Below, piece after piece: positions 8,744 to 16,712 of a stretch of DNA of 32,097 bases. Made by a program: the position numbers and the translations under genes. Source of the DNA: a virus (lineage: Duplodnaviria; Caudoviricetes); the IMG/VR virus record IMGVR_UViG_3300031473_000005, positions 1 to 32,097 of that record. One strand, written 5' to 3'. How positions within the stretch are numbered: position 1 is the stretch's first letter; the number at the start of each line of letters is the position of its first letter. A model generated the notes under the pieces. The model searched no databases, was not told where the DNA came from, and saw only the letters and a program-made list of their open reading frames with translations.

Positions 8744-8950
8744 ATGGATCGCATCCTGAATAAACCCTACAAGATCACGCTCAAGCGGCAGGACTGGCCC
8801 GGAGACGACCAATCAGGGCCGCCCATGCAGACCATCGAGTGCGAACAGTGGTTCGATGCGGACGGCACGACGATTACGGACCGGGTGCGGATTGCGGAGT
8901 TAGAGGCGGCGGTGGCCGCAAGGAGCGCACAGCATGACGAAGGCAGCTGA
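8744..8950 (+). CDS. hypothetical protein
   Basis: GAGGAG SD, starts 1 nt after the portal stop. Confidence 0.65.
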   Translation: MDRILNKPYKITLKRQDWPGDDQSGPPMQTIECEQWFDADGTTITDRVRIAELEAAVAARSAQHDEGS

Positions 8951-9194
8951 TACCGCGCCGGTGGGAACGAACGAGGCGGCGGAGGTCGTGACCATCTCGC
9001 GTGAGGAGTACGACGCGCTGCTGGCAGCAAAGGACGGCGGCGTGAACCCCGAACCGGCGTTCGAGGAGGGGCCGCACCTCGACGATCCCGAGCACCGGGC
9101 GCTGAAGCGGCAGGCGATGCGCGATGCGGGATTGACCCATGACGACGACCGGTTGACGTCGGATATGCGGAAGATTCTCCGCGAGAAAGGATAA
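8934..9194 (+). CDS. hypothetical acidic protein
   Basis: AAGGAG SD, overlaps previous gene. Confidence 0.65.
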   Translation: MTKAADTAPVGTNEAAEVVTISREEYDALLAAKDGGVNPEPAFEEGPHLDDPEHRALKRQAMRDAGLTHDDDRLTSDMRKILREKG

Positions 9195-9200
9195 CGAGCG

Positions 9201-9572
9201 ATGCCTCTCACGACAGGAGCGCGCGACCACATTGCATCAGCGATTATCGGAGCCGCCGTCACGGCATTTAACGCGGCAAACGCCTATCTCGGCGTCGGTG
9301 ACGGCGTGACGGCCTTCGCCACGTCGCAGACCGACCTTGTGGGCGCCAGTAAGGCTCGCAAGGCGATGGATGCGACGTACCCAACGGCAGCCTCCGGCGT
9401 CATCACCGCGCGCTCGACCTTTGCCACAACTGATGCCAATTTCGCCTGGAATGAAGTGGGGTTCTTTAACGCGAGCACCGCTGGCACGATGTTGGTCCGC
9501 TGGGTGCAGGCGCTGGGGACCAAGACCAGCGCCATGTCGAGCCAGCTGACCGCCACGATTACGCTGAGTTAG
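9201..9572 (+). CDS. putative virion structural protein (fibre-base-like beta protein)
   Basis: YLGVGDG...QTDL...TFATTDANFAWNEVGFFNASTAGTML...LGTKTS resembles tail-fibre N-terminal anchor domains. Confidence 0.65.
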   Translation: MPLTTGARDHIASAIIGAAVTAFNAANAYLGVGDGVTAFATSQTDLVGASKARKAMDATYPTAASGVITARSTFATTDANFAWNEVGFFNASTAGTMLVRWVQALGTKTSAMSSQLTATITLS

Positions 9573-9575
9573 GCC

Positions 9576-10484
9576 ATGGCCGGTCCCTACACGCGGCACG
9601 CGGACGGCAGTGAGACGGTCGCGGCCGCGCATATCAACGAGCTCCAGGTCGGGATCGAGGAGCACGAGACGACGAAGGCCAACGCCTCGGCACTGACGGC
9701 GCATACGGGCAACACGACCAACCCGCATAGTGTGACGAAGGCCCAAGTCGGGCTGGGCAGCGTCGATAACACCAGCGATGCAGCGAAACCTATCTCGACC
9801 GCGCAGCAGACGGCCCTCGATGCCAAGGCGGCGGGGCCAGCCGCCTCGGTCGATGGGGAAGCCGTGCTCTTTTCGGGGGCAACGGGAAAGCTCCTCACGC
9901 GATCCGCCCTGACGGGGGTCATCAAAGAGACGAATGGCGTCCAGTCGGTGGCAGTCGGGACTGATCTTCCGGCGCACACGCACCCCTACGAACAGGTCCT
10001 CTACGCCAAGGTGATCGAGTCGGCCGACACTATCGCAAACACCACGGCGCTCAGCGTGTTTGGGTCAAGCTACGTGTTCACCGCCAACAGTCTCACGGTT
10101 GGCAAGGTCATTCGTGTCACCGCGAGAGGGTTCTACTCGACAGCGGCGACCGCCCCAACGCTCCTCCTGGCGGTCGCGCTGGGCAATGTCTATCTCGGAA
10201 ACACAGGGTTGATTGCGTCCGTTGTTTCACTCGCCAATCGAGGCTGGGAGATTCGGTTAGAGTCGGTGGTTCGGTCGCTTGGCGCAACCGGAACGGTGAT
10301 GTCGCAAGGGGTGTGTCGAAAGAACACGAGCACAACTGCCGCCCAGATCACCGATCTGGTCAATACGGCGGTCACGACGCTGGACACGACCATCGCCCGG
10401 CAGTTGGCGGTGCAGATCCAGTGGGGGACGGCAGCCACCGCGAACACCATTACCATGACTGAACTCATCGTGGAGGAACTGTAA
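9576..10484 (+). CDS. fibre/spike-like protein with C-terminal beta-sandwich head
   Basis: Fibre motifs HTGNTTNPHSVTKAQVGLGSVDNTSDAAKPISTAQQTALDAK, V.F.G.TGK and HTH; Thr/Val-rich C-terminal domain. Confidence 0.75.
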   Translation: MAGPYTRHADGSETVAAAHINELQVGIEEHETTKANASALTAHTGNTTNPHSVTKAQVGLGSVDNTSDAAKPISTAQQTALDAKAAGPAASVDGEAVLFSGATGKLLTRSALTGVIKETNGVQSVAVGTDLPAHTHPYEQVLYAKVIESADTIANTTALSVFGSSYVFTANSLTVGKVIRVTARGFYSTAATAPTLLLAVALGNVYLGNTGLIASVVSLANRGWEIRLESVVRSLGATGTVMSQGVCRKNTSTTAAQITDLVNTAVTTLDTTIARQLAVQIQWGTAATANTITMTELIVEEL

Positions 10485-10726
10485 TGGATGGTCGAGACTG
10501 GTCCGAGTACGCCGTTGGCAGCCTCATTCACTACGCCTTCTCCGCGACCGAGCATCGGGCGGCGGTGGTGATCCGGGTCAACAACTGGACGACCGGCGTG
10601 CTCAACATGGCGGAATTCAACCCGAACACAGGTACCCCCACGGTTCGCACGAACGTCCCCTATGCGAACACTGGTGCGGCGGGAACGTGGCACTTCCGTC
10701 AAGACATTGATGACCGAACCCTGTAA
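10484..10726 (+). CDS. small conserved phage protein (SH3-like pattern)
   Basis: VGSLIHY...AAVVIRV...LNM..F...GTWHF; TAATG coupling on both sides. Confidence 0.65.
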   Translation: MDGRDWSEYAVGSLIHYAFSATEHRAAVVIRVNNWTTGVLNMAEFNPNTGTPTVRTNVPYANTGAAGTWHFRQDIDDRTL

Positions 10727-11481
10727 TGGCGACCTACGGCACCGCCATCTATGGCGTGTCGGTCTATGGTGTCTCCAACGTAGCTGTTGCCGCGAGCGAC
10801 ACGATTGCCATCGCGAGCAGCGAGTCCGCCTCCCTTGTCGTCACCATCGACGCGACGGACACCGCGACGGTGAGCAGTACCGAGAGCGGCAGCGTGCAGG
10901 CGGTTACGACGCTGACGGCGAGCGACACCGCGACGATTGCCAGTAGCGAGACGGCGAGCGTCCAGTCAGCACAAGTCGTCAACGCCAGCGACACCGCGAC
11001 GATCGCGGCGACGGGGATCGCGGCGATTGCGGCCACCGTCAATGCGCAGGACACAGCGCCGCTAGCGAGTGCTGAGGTGGCGTCAGGGAGCGCGACTGTC
11101 AGCGCCAGTGACACGGCACCGCTGACCAGTACGGAGAGTACGGCGCTGGCGGCTTCAGTGGCCGCGACGGATGCGGCGACGCTTGGCGCATCCGGGGTCG
11201 CAGCGATCCTGGCGCTGGTCTCGGCGAGTGATACGGCGTTGCTGGCGGCGATCGAGGTCGCGTCAGTGGAGTCGGGGGCACCGGTCGTTTCGTCAGTCTT
11301 TCTCAGCGCCCGTCTCGTCGTCGATCCGTCCCTGTTCGGGGCGCTCCGGGTGTCGTCATCGTTGCGTGGGACGCTCGCGATATCATCGTCCTTGGCCGCG
11401 ACCACGCACGTGACGGCCTCGCTGACCGGCACGTTGCGCGGTGAGTCGTCGTTATTCGGTCACATCGAGGTAGCACAATGA
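10726..11481 (+). CDS. Ala/Ser/Thr-rich tandem-repeat structural protein
   Basis: N-terminal YG repeats, eight 20-22 aa A(S/T)DTA-type repeats, then about five 10-aa repeats of the SL.G.L type. Confidence 0.75.
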   Translation: MATYGTAIYGVSVYGVSNVAVAASDTIAIASSESASLVVTIDATDTATVSSTESGSVQAVTTLTASDTATIASSETASVQSAQVVNASDTATIAATGIAAIAATVNAQDTAPLASAEVASGSATVSASDTAPLTSTESTALAASVAATDAATLGASGVAAILALVSASDTALLAAIEVASVESGAPVVSSVFLSARLVVDPSLFGALRVSSSLRGTLAISSSLAATTHVTASLTGTLRGESSLFGHIEVAQ

Positions 11482-11774
11482 GCAAGTCTTGGCGCGTTGG
11501 AGAAACGGTCCGGGTGAGTGTGCGCGATCTGCTCCGCACGACGGTCGCGGGTGTGAGTTCACCCGTGACAAGTGGGGCGACCGTTACGCTGGCGATCATT
11601 GACAGCACTGGAGCGGTCCTCAGCTCGGCAACGGGTATCGCGACAGACGACGACTGGTCCGCCGAGATGACACTTCCCGCGACGATCGGGATCTACCGTG
11701 TCCGGGCCTCAGTCGTGGCCAGCGGCGCGACCTGGAAGGACCTGTTCGAGGTGCTCGTGTGGGGGGACACGTGA
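11478..11774 (+). CDS. putative Ig-like adaptor/structural protein
   Basis: All-beta pattern VGETVRVSV...TVTLAIIDSTG...GIYRVRASV; ATGA coupling. Confidence 0.6.
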   Translation: MSKSWRVGETVRVSVRDLLRTTVAGVSSPVTSGATVTLAIIDSTGAVLSSATGIATDDDWSAEMTLPATIGIYRVRASVVASGATWKDLFEVLVWGDT

Positions 11775-11992
11775 GCATCACGATGCTCCTGGCCCGCATT
11801 GCTCGCGCGGATGGGCGCCGCTGGGTCTCCTGCCCTGGCTGCGGCCAGAAGCTCGGTGAGATCGTCGGCGATCGACTCATCGTCAAGGCAGGTCACGCCC
11901 TTGCGCTGGCGATCACCGTGCGCAACGATCAGGAGGCGACCTGCCCGCGGTGCTTTGCCGTGAGCGTGCTGCGAGCGGAGGATGTGGCGTGA
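11771..11992 (+). CDS. Com-like zinc-ribbon protein
   Basis: VSCPGCGQKLGEI...EATCPRC matches the CxxCxxxL...CxRC layout of the Mu Com family; GTGA coupling. Confidence 0.7.
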   Translation: MSITMLLARIARADGRRWVSCPGCGQKLGEIVGDRLIVKAGHALALAITVRNDQEATCPRCFAVSVLRAEDVA

Positions 11993-12234
11993 CCGACAAG
12001 ACCGCGAACGACCTCGTGTATGAATACCTCGATCGGGTGAAGTTCCATCGGGGGATCGACCGCGCCTATACCGACTGGCTGGTCGCGTTCGTTCGGGAGA
12101 ACTTCCCCGACGTAGCGCCTGATGCCAACGTTGCCCAACTTGCCATTGAGCTTGACGATGCCCTTGACCACTGGGTGGTGCAGACAAAGCGGCGACTCGA
12201 CAATGGTAAAATACGGGGAGAGGTCCGGCGCTAG
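11989..12234 (+). CDS. hypothetical helical protein
   Basis: GTGA coupling, GGAGGA SD (MTDKTANDLVYEYL...). Confidence 0.6.
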   Translation: MTDKTANDLVYEYLDRVKFHRGIDRAYTDWLVAFVRENFPDVAPDANVAQLAIELDDALDHWVVQTKRRLDNGKIRGEVRR

Positions 12235-12285
12235 TACGCCTCGCCTCCCCCCTAACCACTCTGCCGCTATAGGAGGCAAAGGGCT
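12204..12285 (+). promoter_or_regulatory. extended -10 promoter TGGTAAAAT and structured leader of HNH gene 1
   Basis: TGGTAAAAT 12204-12212; hairpin GGGGAGAGG..GGCG/CGCC..CCTCCCC; TGCC/GGCA pairing overlaps the AGGAGG SD at 12271-12276. Confidence 0.6.
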
Positions 12286-12846
12286 ATGCCAAAGAGTACT
12301 TCAATCGTCATTGACATCCAGACTGCGGCTCGGTTCTGGCCAAAGGTTGACACCTCTGGTGGCCTAGACGCGTGCTGGCCGTGGATGGCATCACGACTTC
12401 CGGAACGACCAGGCAGCAACGGACCATTCGGGCATTACGGGAAGATTCGAGTTCGCCGCACAGATCGCCCCAGTTGGGATGTTGAATACGCACACCGAGT
12501 GGCGTTCCTCCTCTGTGTCGGGGATGTCCCCGACGGATTGCAGGTTCTCCACAGCTGTGACAATCCGCCGTGCTGTAATCCAAATCACCTTTTCGTCGGG
12601 ACGGCGTATGCCAATGCCATAGACCGAGAAACGAAACATCGTCGACCTCGTGATGGTTGCAAGCGGAAATGGACTCGCGATCAAGAGCAGGCCATCTGCA
12701 CTCGCTATCTGTCTGGCGAGAAGGTGCGATCTCTCTGCGATGGGGTTGGCGTGCCATTGGGAGCGCTCGGAGTCATTCTTCGTCGGAATGGCATTCAGCC
12801 CAACCGACGGAAGCCACTGAACGTGGCATCTGAGGCGATCTGCTAG
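12286..12846 (+). CDS. HNH homing endonuclease with C-terminal HTH-like domain
   Basis: FWPKVD...CWPW...YG...AHRVAF...VLHSCDNPPCCNPNHLFVGT..N; AGGAGG SD. Confidence 0.92.
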   Translation: MPKSTSIVIDIQTAARFWPKVDTSGGLDACWPWMASRLPERPGSNGPFGHYGKIRVRRTDRPSWDVEYAHRVAFLLCVGDVPDGLQVLHSCDNPPCCNPNHLFVGTAYANAIDRETKHRRPRDGCKRKWTRDQEQAICTRYLSGEKVRSLCDGVGVPLGALGVILRRNGIQPNRRKPLNVASEAIC

Positions 12847-12849
12847 ACT
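12841..12849 (+). promoter_or_regulatory. candidate extended -10 promoter (TG-C-TAGACT) for the head/tail operon
   Basis: TGnTAnnnT consensus overlapping the HNH1 stop, followed by a non-coding structured leader. Confidence 0.55.
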
Positions 12850-12906
12850 AGCGGCAGACAACCGAATCAGGGCGAACATCACCCGCCCGACATGCTGAGC
12901 GCACAC

Positions 12907-12960
12907 AAGCGCCGTGATGACCGGCTCCGAGCAGGGGCCAGCATCCGGCGCTTTTTTCGT
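12907..12960 (+). terminator. long interrupted hairpin with U-tract (terminator or attenuator, leader element 2)
   Basis: AAGCGCCG-T-GATG-ACC-GGCTCC [GAGCA] GGGGCC-AG-CATC-CGGCGCTT, followed by TTTTCGT. Confidence 0.8.
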
Positions 12961-12961
12961 G

Positions 12962-13348
12962 CTAGGCGGTGGTTGGGTGAACTTTTCGCTGGTTACGCCT
13001 CTGCTCCGACGGGGTCGCCCACCGGCAATTGTCCGGGTGGTATGGGCCATCGTTGTCGATGCGATCGATCGTGTGCTTGCATCGTCGGATGTTCTCGGTA
13101 TGGGTCACAGCCTCTGTGTGGTCTGGGTTCACGCATGGCTTTTGATCGCACAGGTGATCGAGCGTCAACCCCTTCGGCACCGGACCACGTTTGCGCTCGT
13201 AAAAGACAATGTGCGCTTTTCGAGTTCGCTTGCCATCCCTCATGGAGCCATAACCGCCGCCGTCACTGGCCCCCTGCCATATCCAGCAGGGCGTCAGATA
13301 TCCGCGATCTTCAACCGAGTACGTGGGATTGGTAAACTGGGGGAGCAT
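12962..13348 (-). CDS. HNH endonuclease with two tandem HNH-type motifs; the only credible minus-strand gene
   Basis: CWIWQG...GYG...AHIVFYE...LDHLCDQKPCVNPDH..AVTHTEN, then TIDRIDNDGPYHPDNCRWATPSEQ; AGGAGG SD. Confidence 0.88.
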   Translation of the reverse strand: MLPQFTNPTYSVEDRGYLTPCWIWQGASDGGGYGSMRDGKRTRKAHIVFYERKRGPVPKGLTLDHLCDQKPCVNPDHTEAVTHTENIRRCKHTIDRIDNDGPYHPDNCRWATPSEQRRNQRKVHPTTA

Positions 13349-13421
13349 GTTGGCCTCCTAAACAGGCTGATGTGCCACGCCGGGAGCGTTCGCGCGCTGC
13401 CCGGCACTCTCTATTTTACCA
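13349..13421 (-). promoter_or_regulatory. extended -10 promoter TGGTAAAAT and structured leader of HNH gene 2
   Basis: ATTTTACCA at 13413-13421 on +; hairpin 13379-13405; GCCT/AGGC pairing covers the SD. Confidence 0.6.
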
Positions 13422-13458
13422 GAATCTCTGCGGTTACTCGGGCTGGAGGGCGAGCCTG

Positions 13459-14283
13459 ATGGACCGCGAACAGACCTTTGGCCCCCGTCCCAAGAGCGAC
13501 CGTCTCGTTGACGTTCGCGGCCACAACGGCAAGACACGCCAGATCGAGTTCCGTGCCTTTGAGGGCCGCGTTGACGCGGCAGCCGGCGGGTTCTCGGGCT
13601 ATGCGTCAACCTATTGGAGAATCGACTCATACGGATCCGTCATCGCTCCCGGCGCTTTCACCAAGACGCTCGCCGAGCGCCGCGACAAGCTCCACGTCCT
13701 CTATCAGCACAACCCTGACTGGGCCATCGGCAAGATCGACCAGATCGAGCAGGATGAGGTCGGGCTCCGCCACGACTCCTCGGTCGTCGATGACGGCGCC
13801 GAGGGGACCGTCGCCCTCAAGCGGCTGCGCTTCGGCGTTCCGTTCGGACAGAGCTTCGGCTTTCGCACGGTGCGCGAGCGACCCGCCACCGAGGATGATC
13901 CGGTCGAATCCGGGGACACCACGCCGGAGTACTACAAGCGCAACCCCACCGACGTCTATGTGATCGAAGAGGTCAAGCTCTACGAGATCTCCCTCGTCAC
14001 CTTCCCCGCGAATGACGCCGCCGTCATTGAGAGCGTCCGCGCCGAGACCGGCGCCCAGGCGCTTGCCCAAACCCTGGAGGACCTGCGCACCGGACGGCTT
14101 GACGCCGCTGGCCGCGCCCTCGTCTCACACCTCGTAACCGCCTGGCAGGACGCCGCGCCGGACGCTTCCACAAGCGCACCACGCACCTCCGACGAACAGG
14201 CACGACGCGACCGGGAGTCCGTCCTGGCCGCCATGGCCGCGTCCTGCGGCATGACCGTGCAGGAGATGTTATGCGCAGCCTGA
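13459..14283 (+). CDS. HK97-family prohead maturation protease
   Basis: FSGYASTY..IDSYG.VIAPGAF..TL, VLYQHN...IG, SFGF, LYEISLVTFPAN..A; GGAGGG SD places the start at 13459. Confidence 0.93.
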   Translation: MDREQTFGPRPKSDRLVDVRGHNGKTRQIEFRAFEGRVDAAAGGFSGYASTYWRIDSYGSVIAPGAFTKTLAERRDKLHVLYQHNPDWAIGKIDQIEQDEVGLRHDSSVVDDGAEGTVALKRLRFGVPFGQSFGFRTVRERPATEDDPVESGDTTPEYYKRNPTDVYVIEEVKLYEISLVTFPANDAAVIESVRAETGAQALAQTLEDLRTGRLDAAGRALVSHLVTAWQDAAPDASTSAPRTSDEQARRDRESVLAAMAASCGMTVQEMLCAA

Positions 14284-15644
14284 AGCAGATCACCGAGGAG
14301 CTGGTCGTCGCGCACAAGCGCAACGCCCCACTCGCTCAGAAGTACCTCAAGGGCGGCCTAGAGAGCGACGAACTCACCCAGTTCCGCGCCAACAGCACCG
14401 AGCTCGAAACACTCCACGCCGAGAAGATCGACGCGGAGCGGTCGGAGGCTGATACCAAGCGTGACCGCGAGGCCGCGCAGCGGATGCTCGACGAGCATCG
14501 CTACCTCAATGAGCCGGCCGGTCGCCGCGTCAGTGGCGCCGTCGGGCAGGAGGATGGCCGCGAGTCGCGCGGTGAGGGTGTCCGACCGGGCGCCAGCATC
14601 GGCGAGCGCTTCGTCACCTCGGAGGAGTTCGCCCGCTACCGGGCCAATCCCCGGCCAGGCGCCTCAAGTGCGCCGGTCAACGTTGGCTCGCTCTATCGCG
14701 GACACGCCGATGAGGTGGAGCGGCGCCTGGGGCCCGGTCCCGACGAGGAGCGGGCACTGATCACCACGCCGGTCGTGGCGAACACGATCATCAATGACCG
14801 CCTCACCGGCATCTACGCGCCGGAGCTGCGGGAGTTACGGGTCCGGGACGTCCTGACCAACGGACGGACCGCGAGCAACGCCATCGAGTGGGTCAAGGAG
14901 ACGGGTCGCACGAACGGTGCGGCCGAGGTTGCGGAGGCGACGAGCCTCGTCACCGGTCTGAAGCCAGAGTCGGGCTTCACGCTCGGCATCGACTCGACGC
15001 CGGTGCGGACGATCGCCACCCTGATCTACATCACCCGCGCCGCGCTCGACGATGCCGATCAGATGCAGACCTACATCGACCAGCTCCTGCGCCGCTTCGT
15101 CGCTGAGCGGGAAGATCGGCAGCTGCTGCTCGGCGACGGGGTCGCGCCGAACCTGCGGGGCCTGAATGCCACGCCGGGCATCCTCAACCTCAACGGCGCC
15201 TACTACCTGACTGGCATGCCAAACAAGCTCGACCGGCTGCGGCGCGCCAAGACGCGGATCCGCATCGCCGGTCGGGGCGCCGCGTCGGCGGTGATGCTCA
15301 ATCCCAGCAACCTGGAGGAGTTCGAGCTTCTCAAGACGAACGCGACGGCCGGCAACAACGAGTACGCCCTGGCTGGGGGCGGCCCGTTCGGCGCCGGTAT
15401 GGTCTCGCGGCTCTGGGGCATGACCGTTGTCGAGAACGAAGACCTGGCGGTCGATACCGCGTTCGTCCTCGATGGCCGGTTCAGTGTCGTGTTCGACCGG
15501 ATGGATGCGCAGGTCTACGTCACGGACTCCAACCGTGACCTGTTCGAGCGCAACATCATCACCATCCTCTGCGAGTCCCGCCTGGCCCTGGCCGTGATCC
15601 GACCGGAGACGGTCGCCAAGGTCGACCTGGTCGGGACCGTCTAA
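14271..15644 (+). CDS. major capsid protein, HK97 fold with N-terminal delta (scaffold) domain
   Basis: Charged helical N-terminus, AAEVAE...KPES, EDRQLLLGDG..PNLRG, VMLNP, RLWGMTVV, FERNIITILCESRLALAVIRPE. Confidence 0.95.
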   Translation: MRSLKQITEELVVAHKRNAPLAQKYLKGGLESDELTQFRANSTELETLHAEKIDAERSEADTKRDREAAQRMLDEHRYLNEPAGRRVSGAVGQEDGRESRGEGVRPGASIGERFVTSEEFARYRANPRPGASSAPVNVGSLYRGHADEVERRLGPGPDEERALITTPVVANTIINDRLTGIYAPELRELRVRDVLTNGRTASNAIEWVKETGRTNGAAEVAEATSLVTGLKPESGFTLGIDSTPVRTIATLIYITRAALDDADQMQTYIDQLLRRFVAEREDRQLLLGDGVAPNLRGLNATPGILNLNGAYYLTGMPNKLDRLRRAKTRIRIAGRGAASAVMLNPSNLEEFELLKTNATAGNNEYALAGGGPFGAGMVSRLWGMTVVENEDLAVDTAFVLDGRFSVVFDRMDAQVYVTDSNRDLFERNIITILCESRLALAVIRPETVAKVDLVGTV

Positions 15645-15657
15645 GGAGCTTGAACCC

Positions 15658-16113
15658 ATGGGGACGGGGCCACTGGTCAATAACCCGGCACGGGTCCCGT
15701 CCCTGTTGGAGGCGATCGATCAACCGCAAGCGGGTCTGCCGCGCGTGATTCATCCAATTGGGATGCGCGTGGGGCAGCCAGACACAGGAGTCAGCATCGT
15801 GGACACCCATGAGGGCTACATCGACATCACGGAGGACGCCACCTACGTCAATGACGCGGGCGACCCCTTCTTCTTTCCGGCCGGCCACAAGCTCTCGCCG
15901 GCGGAAGCAAGCCGCTTCCCCGATCTCGCGAAGCAGGTCGACGGCGGGCTGATCGTCGTCGCGGTTTCGGCGCGACCGGAGGGTGAGGTGCCGGACCTGG
16001 CGCCGACGGAGCTGGCGCGACGCGGTCTGCCGAGCGCGCCCGAGAACCGGATGGAGCCGTCGCCGGAGAACCGAACCGCCAGCCGTCGCCGCGCCACTGA
16101 GCCCACGGAGTAA
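15658..16113 (+). CDS. hypothetical protein following the capsid gene
   Basis: TAAGGAG SD; PENR repeats at the C-terminus; alternative GTG start at 15799. Confidence 0.65.
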   Translation: MGTGPLVNNPARVPSLLEAIDQPQAGLPRVIHPIGMRVGQPDTGVSIVDTHEGYIDITEDATYVNDAGDPFFFPAGHKLSPAEASRFPDLAKQVDGGLIVVAVSARPEGEVPDLAPTELARRGLPSAPENRMEPSPENRTASRRRATEPTE

Positions 16114-16122
16114 TCGACCGTC

Positions 16123-16710
16123 ATGGTCATGCGCTACGCCGACTTGCCAGCGGTCCTGGCCCAACTAGAGCTCGTCTCCCCCGCCGACGCGACCAAGATC
16201 GCCCGCGCTGAGGCGATGGAGGCCGCGCTGGCGGGCATCTTCGACGATCGCGTGGGGCGCGTCTTCGGCGTGGCTGCCGTCGCACAGACGCGCACCATCT
16301 GGTCCAACGGCCTCTCGGCGGCGCTGCTGCTTCCTCCGCCCGGGATTCGGTCGGTCTCGGCCGTGTCGATCGACGGCGTGGCGGTCGCGGCGAGTAGCTA
16401 CATGCTCTGGTATGTGCGACCGGATGGGGTCGCCCTCGCCCTGGCCCGGCTGGATGGCAACGGCTGGGGCGGTCAGGTGGCAATCACCGGCATCTGGGCT
16501 GACGCCGCGCTCGGGACGGCGATTCCACCCGAGGTCAAAGAGGCACTGACCTTCCTGACCGTCGAGCAATACCGGGCGGCGGAAGCGGGACCGACGCTGG
16601 CCACCGGACCGGACGGGCTACCGGCGCGACCGCGCAACCCCTGGAACTACGAGATCGTCCGGGGCGCCATCCGCAAGTACCGGCTCGAGCCGTCCCGGAT
16701 CGGGGTCTAG
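16123..16710 (+). CDS. head-tail connector/adaptor (HK97 gp6/SPP1 gp15-like, extended type)
   Basis: YADL..V, IFDDRVGRVF, VAITGIW, IPPEVKEA, I.KYR; position after capsid. Confidence 0.8.
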   Translation: MVMRYADLPAVLAQLELVSPADATKIARAEAMEAALAGIFDDRVGRVFGVAAVAQTRTIWSNGLSAALLLPPPGIRSVSAVSIDGVAVAASSYMLWYVRPDGVALALARLDGNGWGGQVAITGIWADAALGTAIPPEVKEALTFLTVEQYRAAEAGPTLATGPDGLPARPRNPWNYEIVRGAIRKYRLEPSRIGV

Positions 16711-16712
16711 CC

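Noticed and set aside
12204-13421. Group I intron or intein hosting the HNH genes
   Set aside because: The HNH genes are intergenic, flanking genes look intact, and no intron core or intein motifs were recognised
12892-13459. Plus-strand ORFs 12892..13335 and 12914..13459
   Set aside because: They start inside the leader hairpin region and are antisense to a clear HNH gene with its own SD
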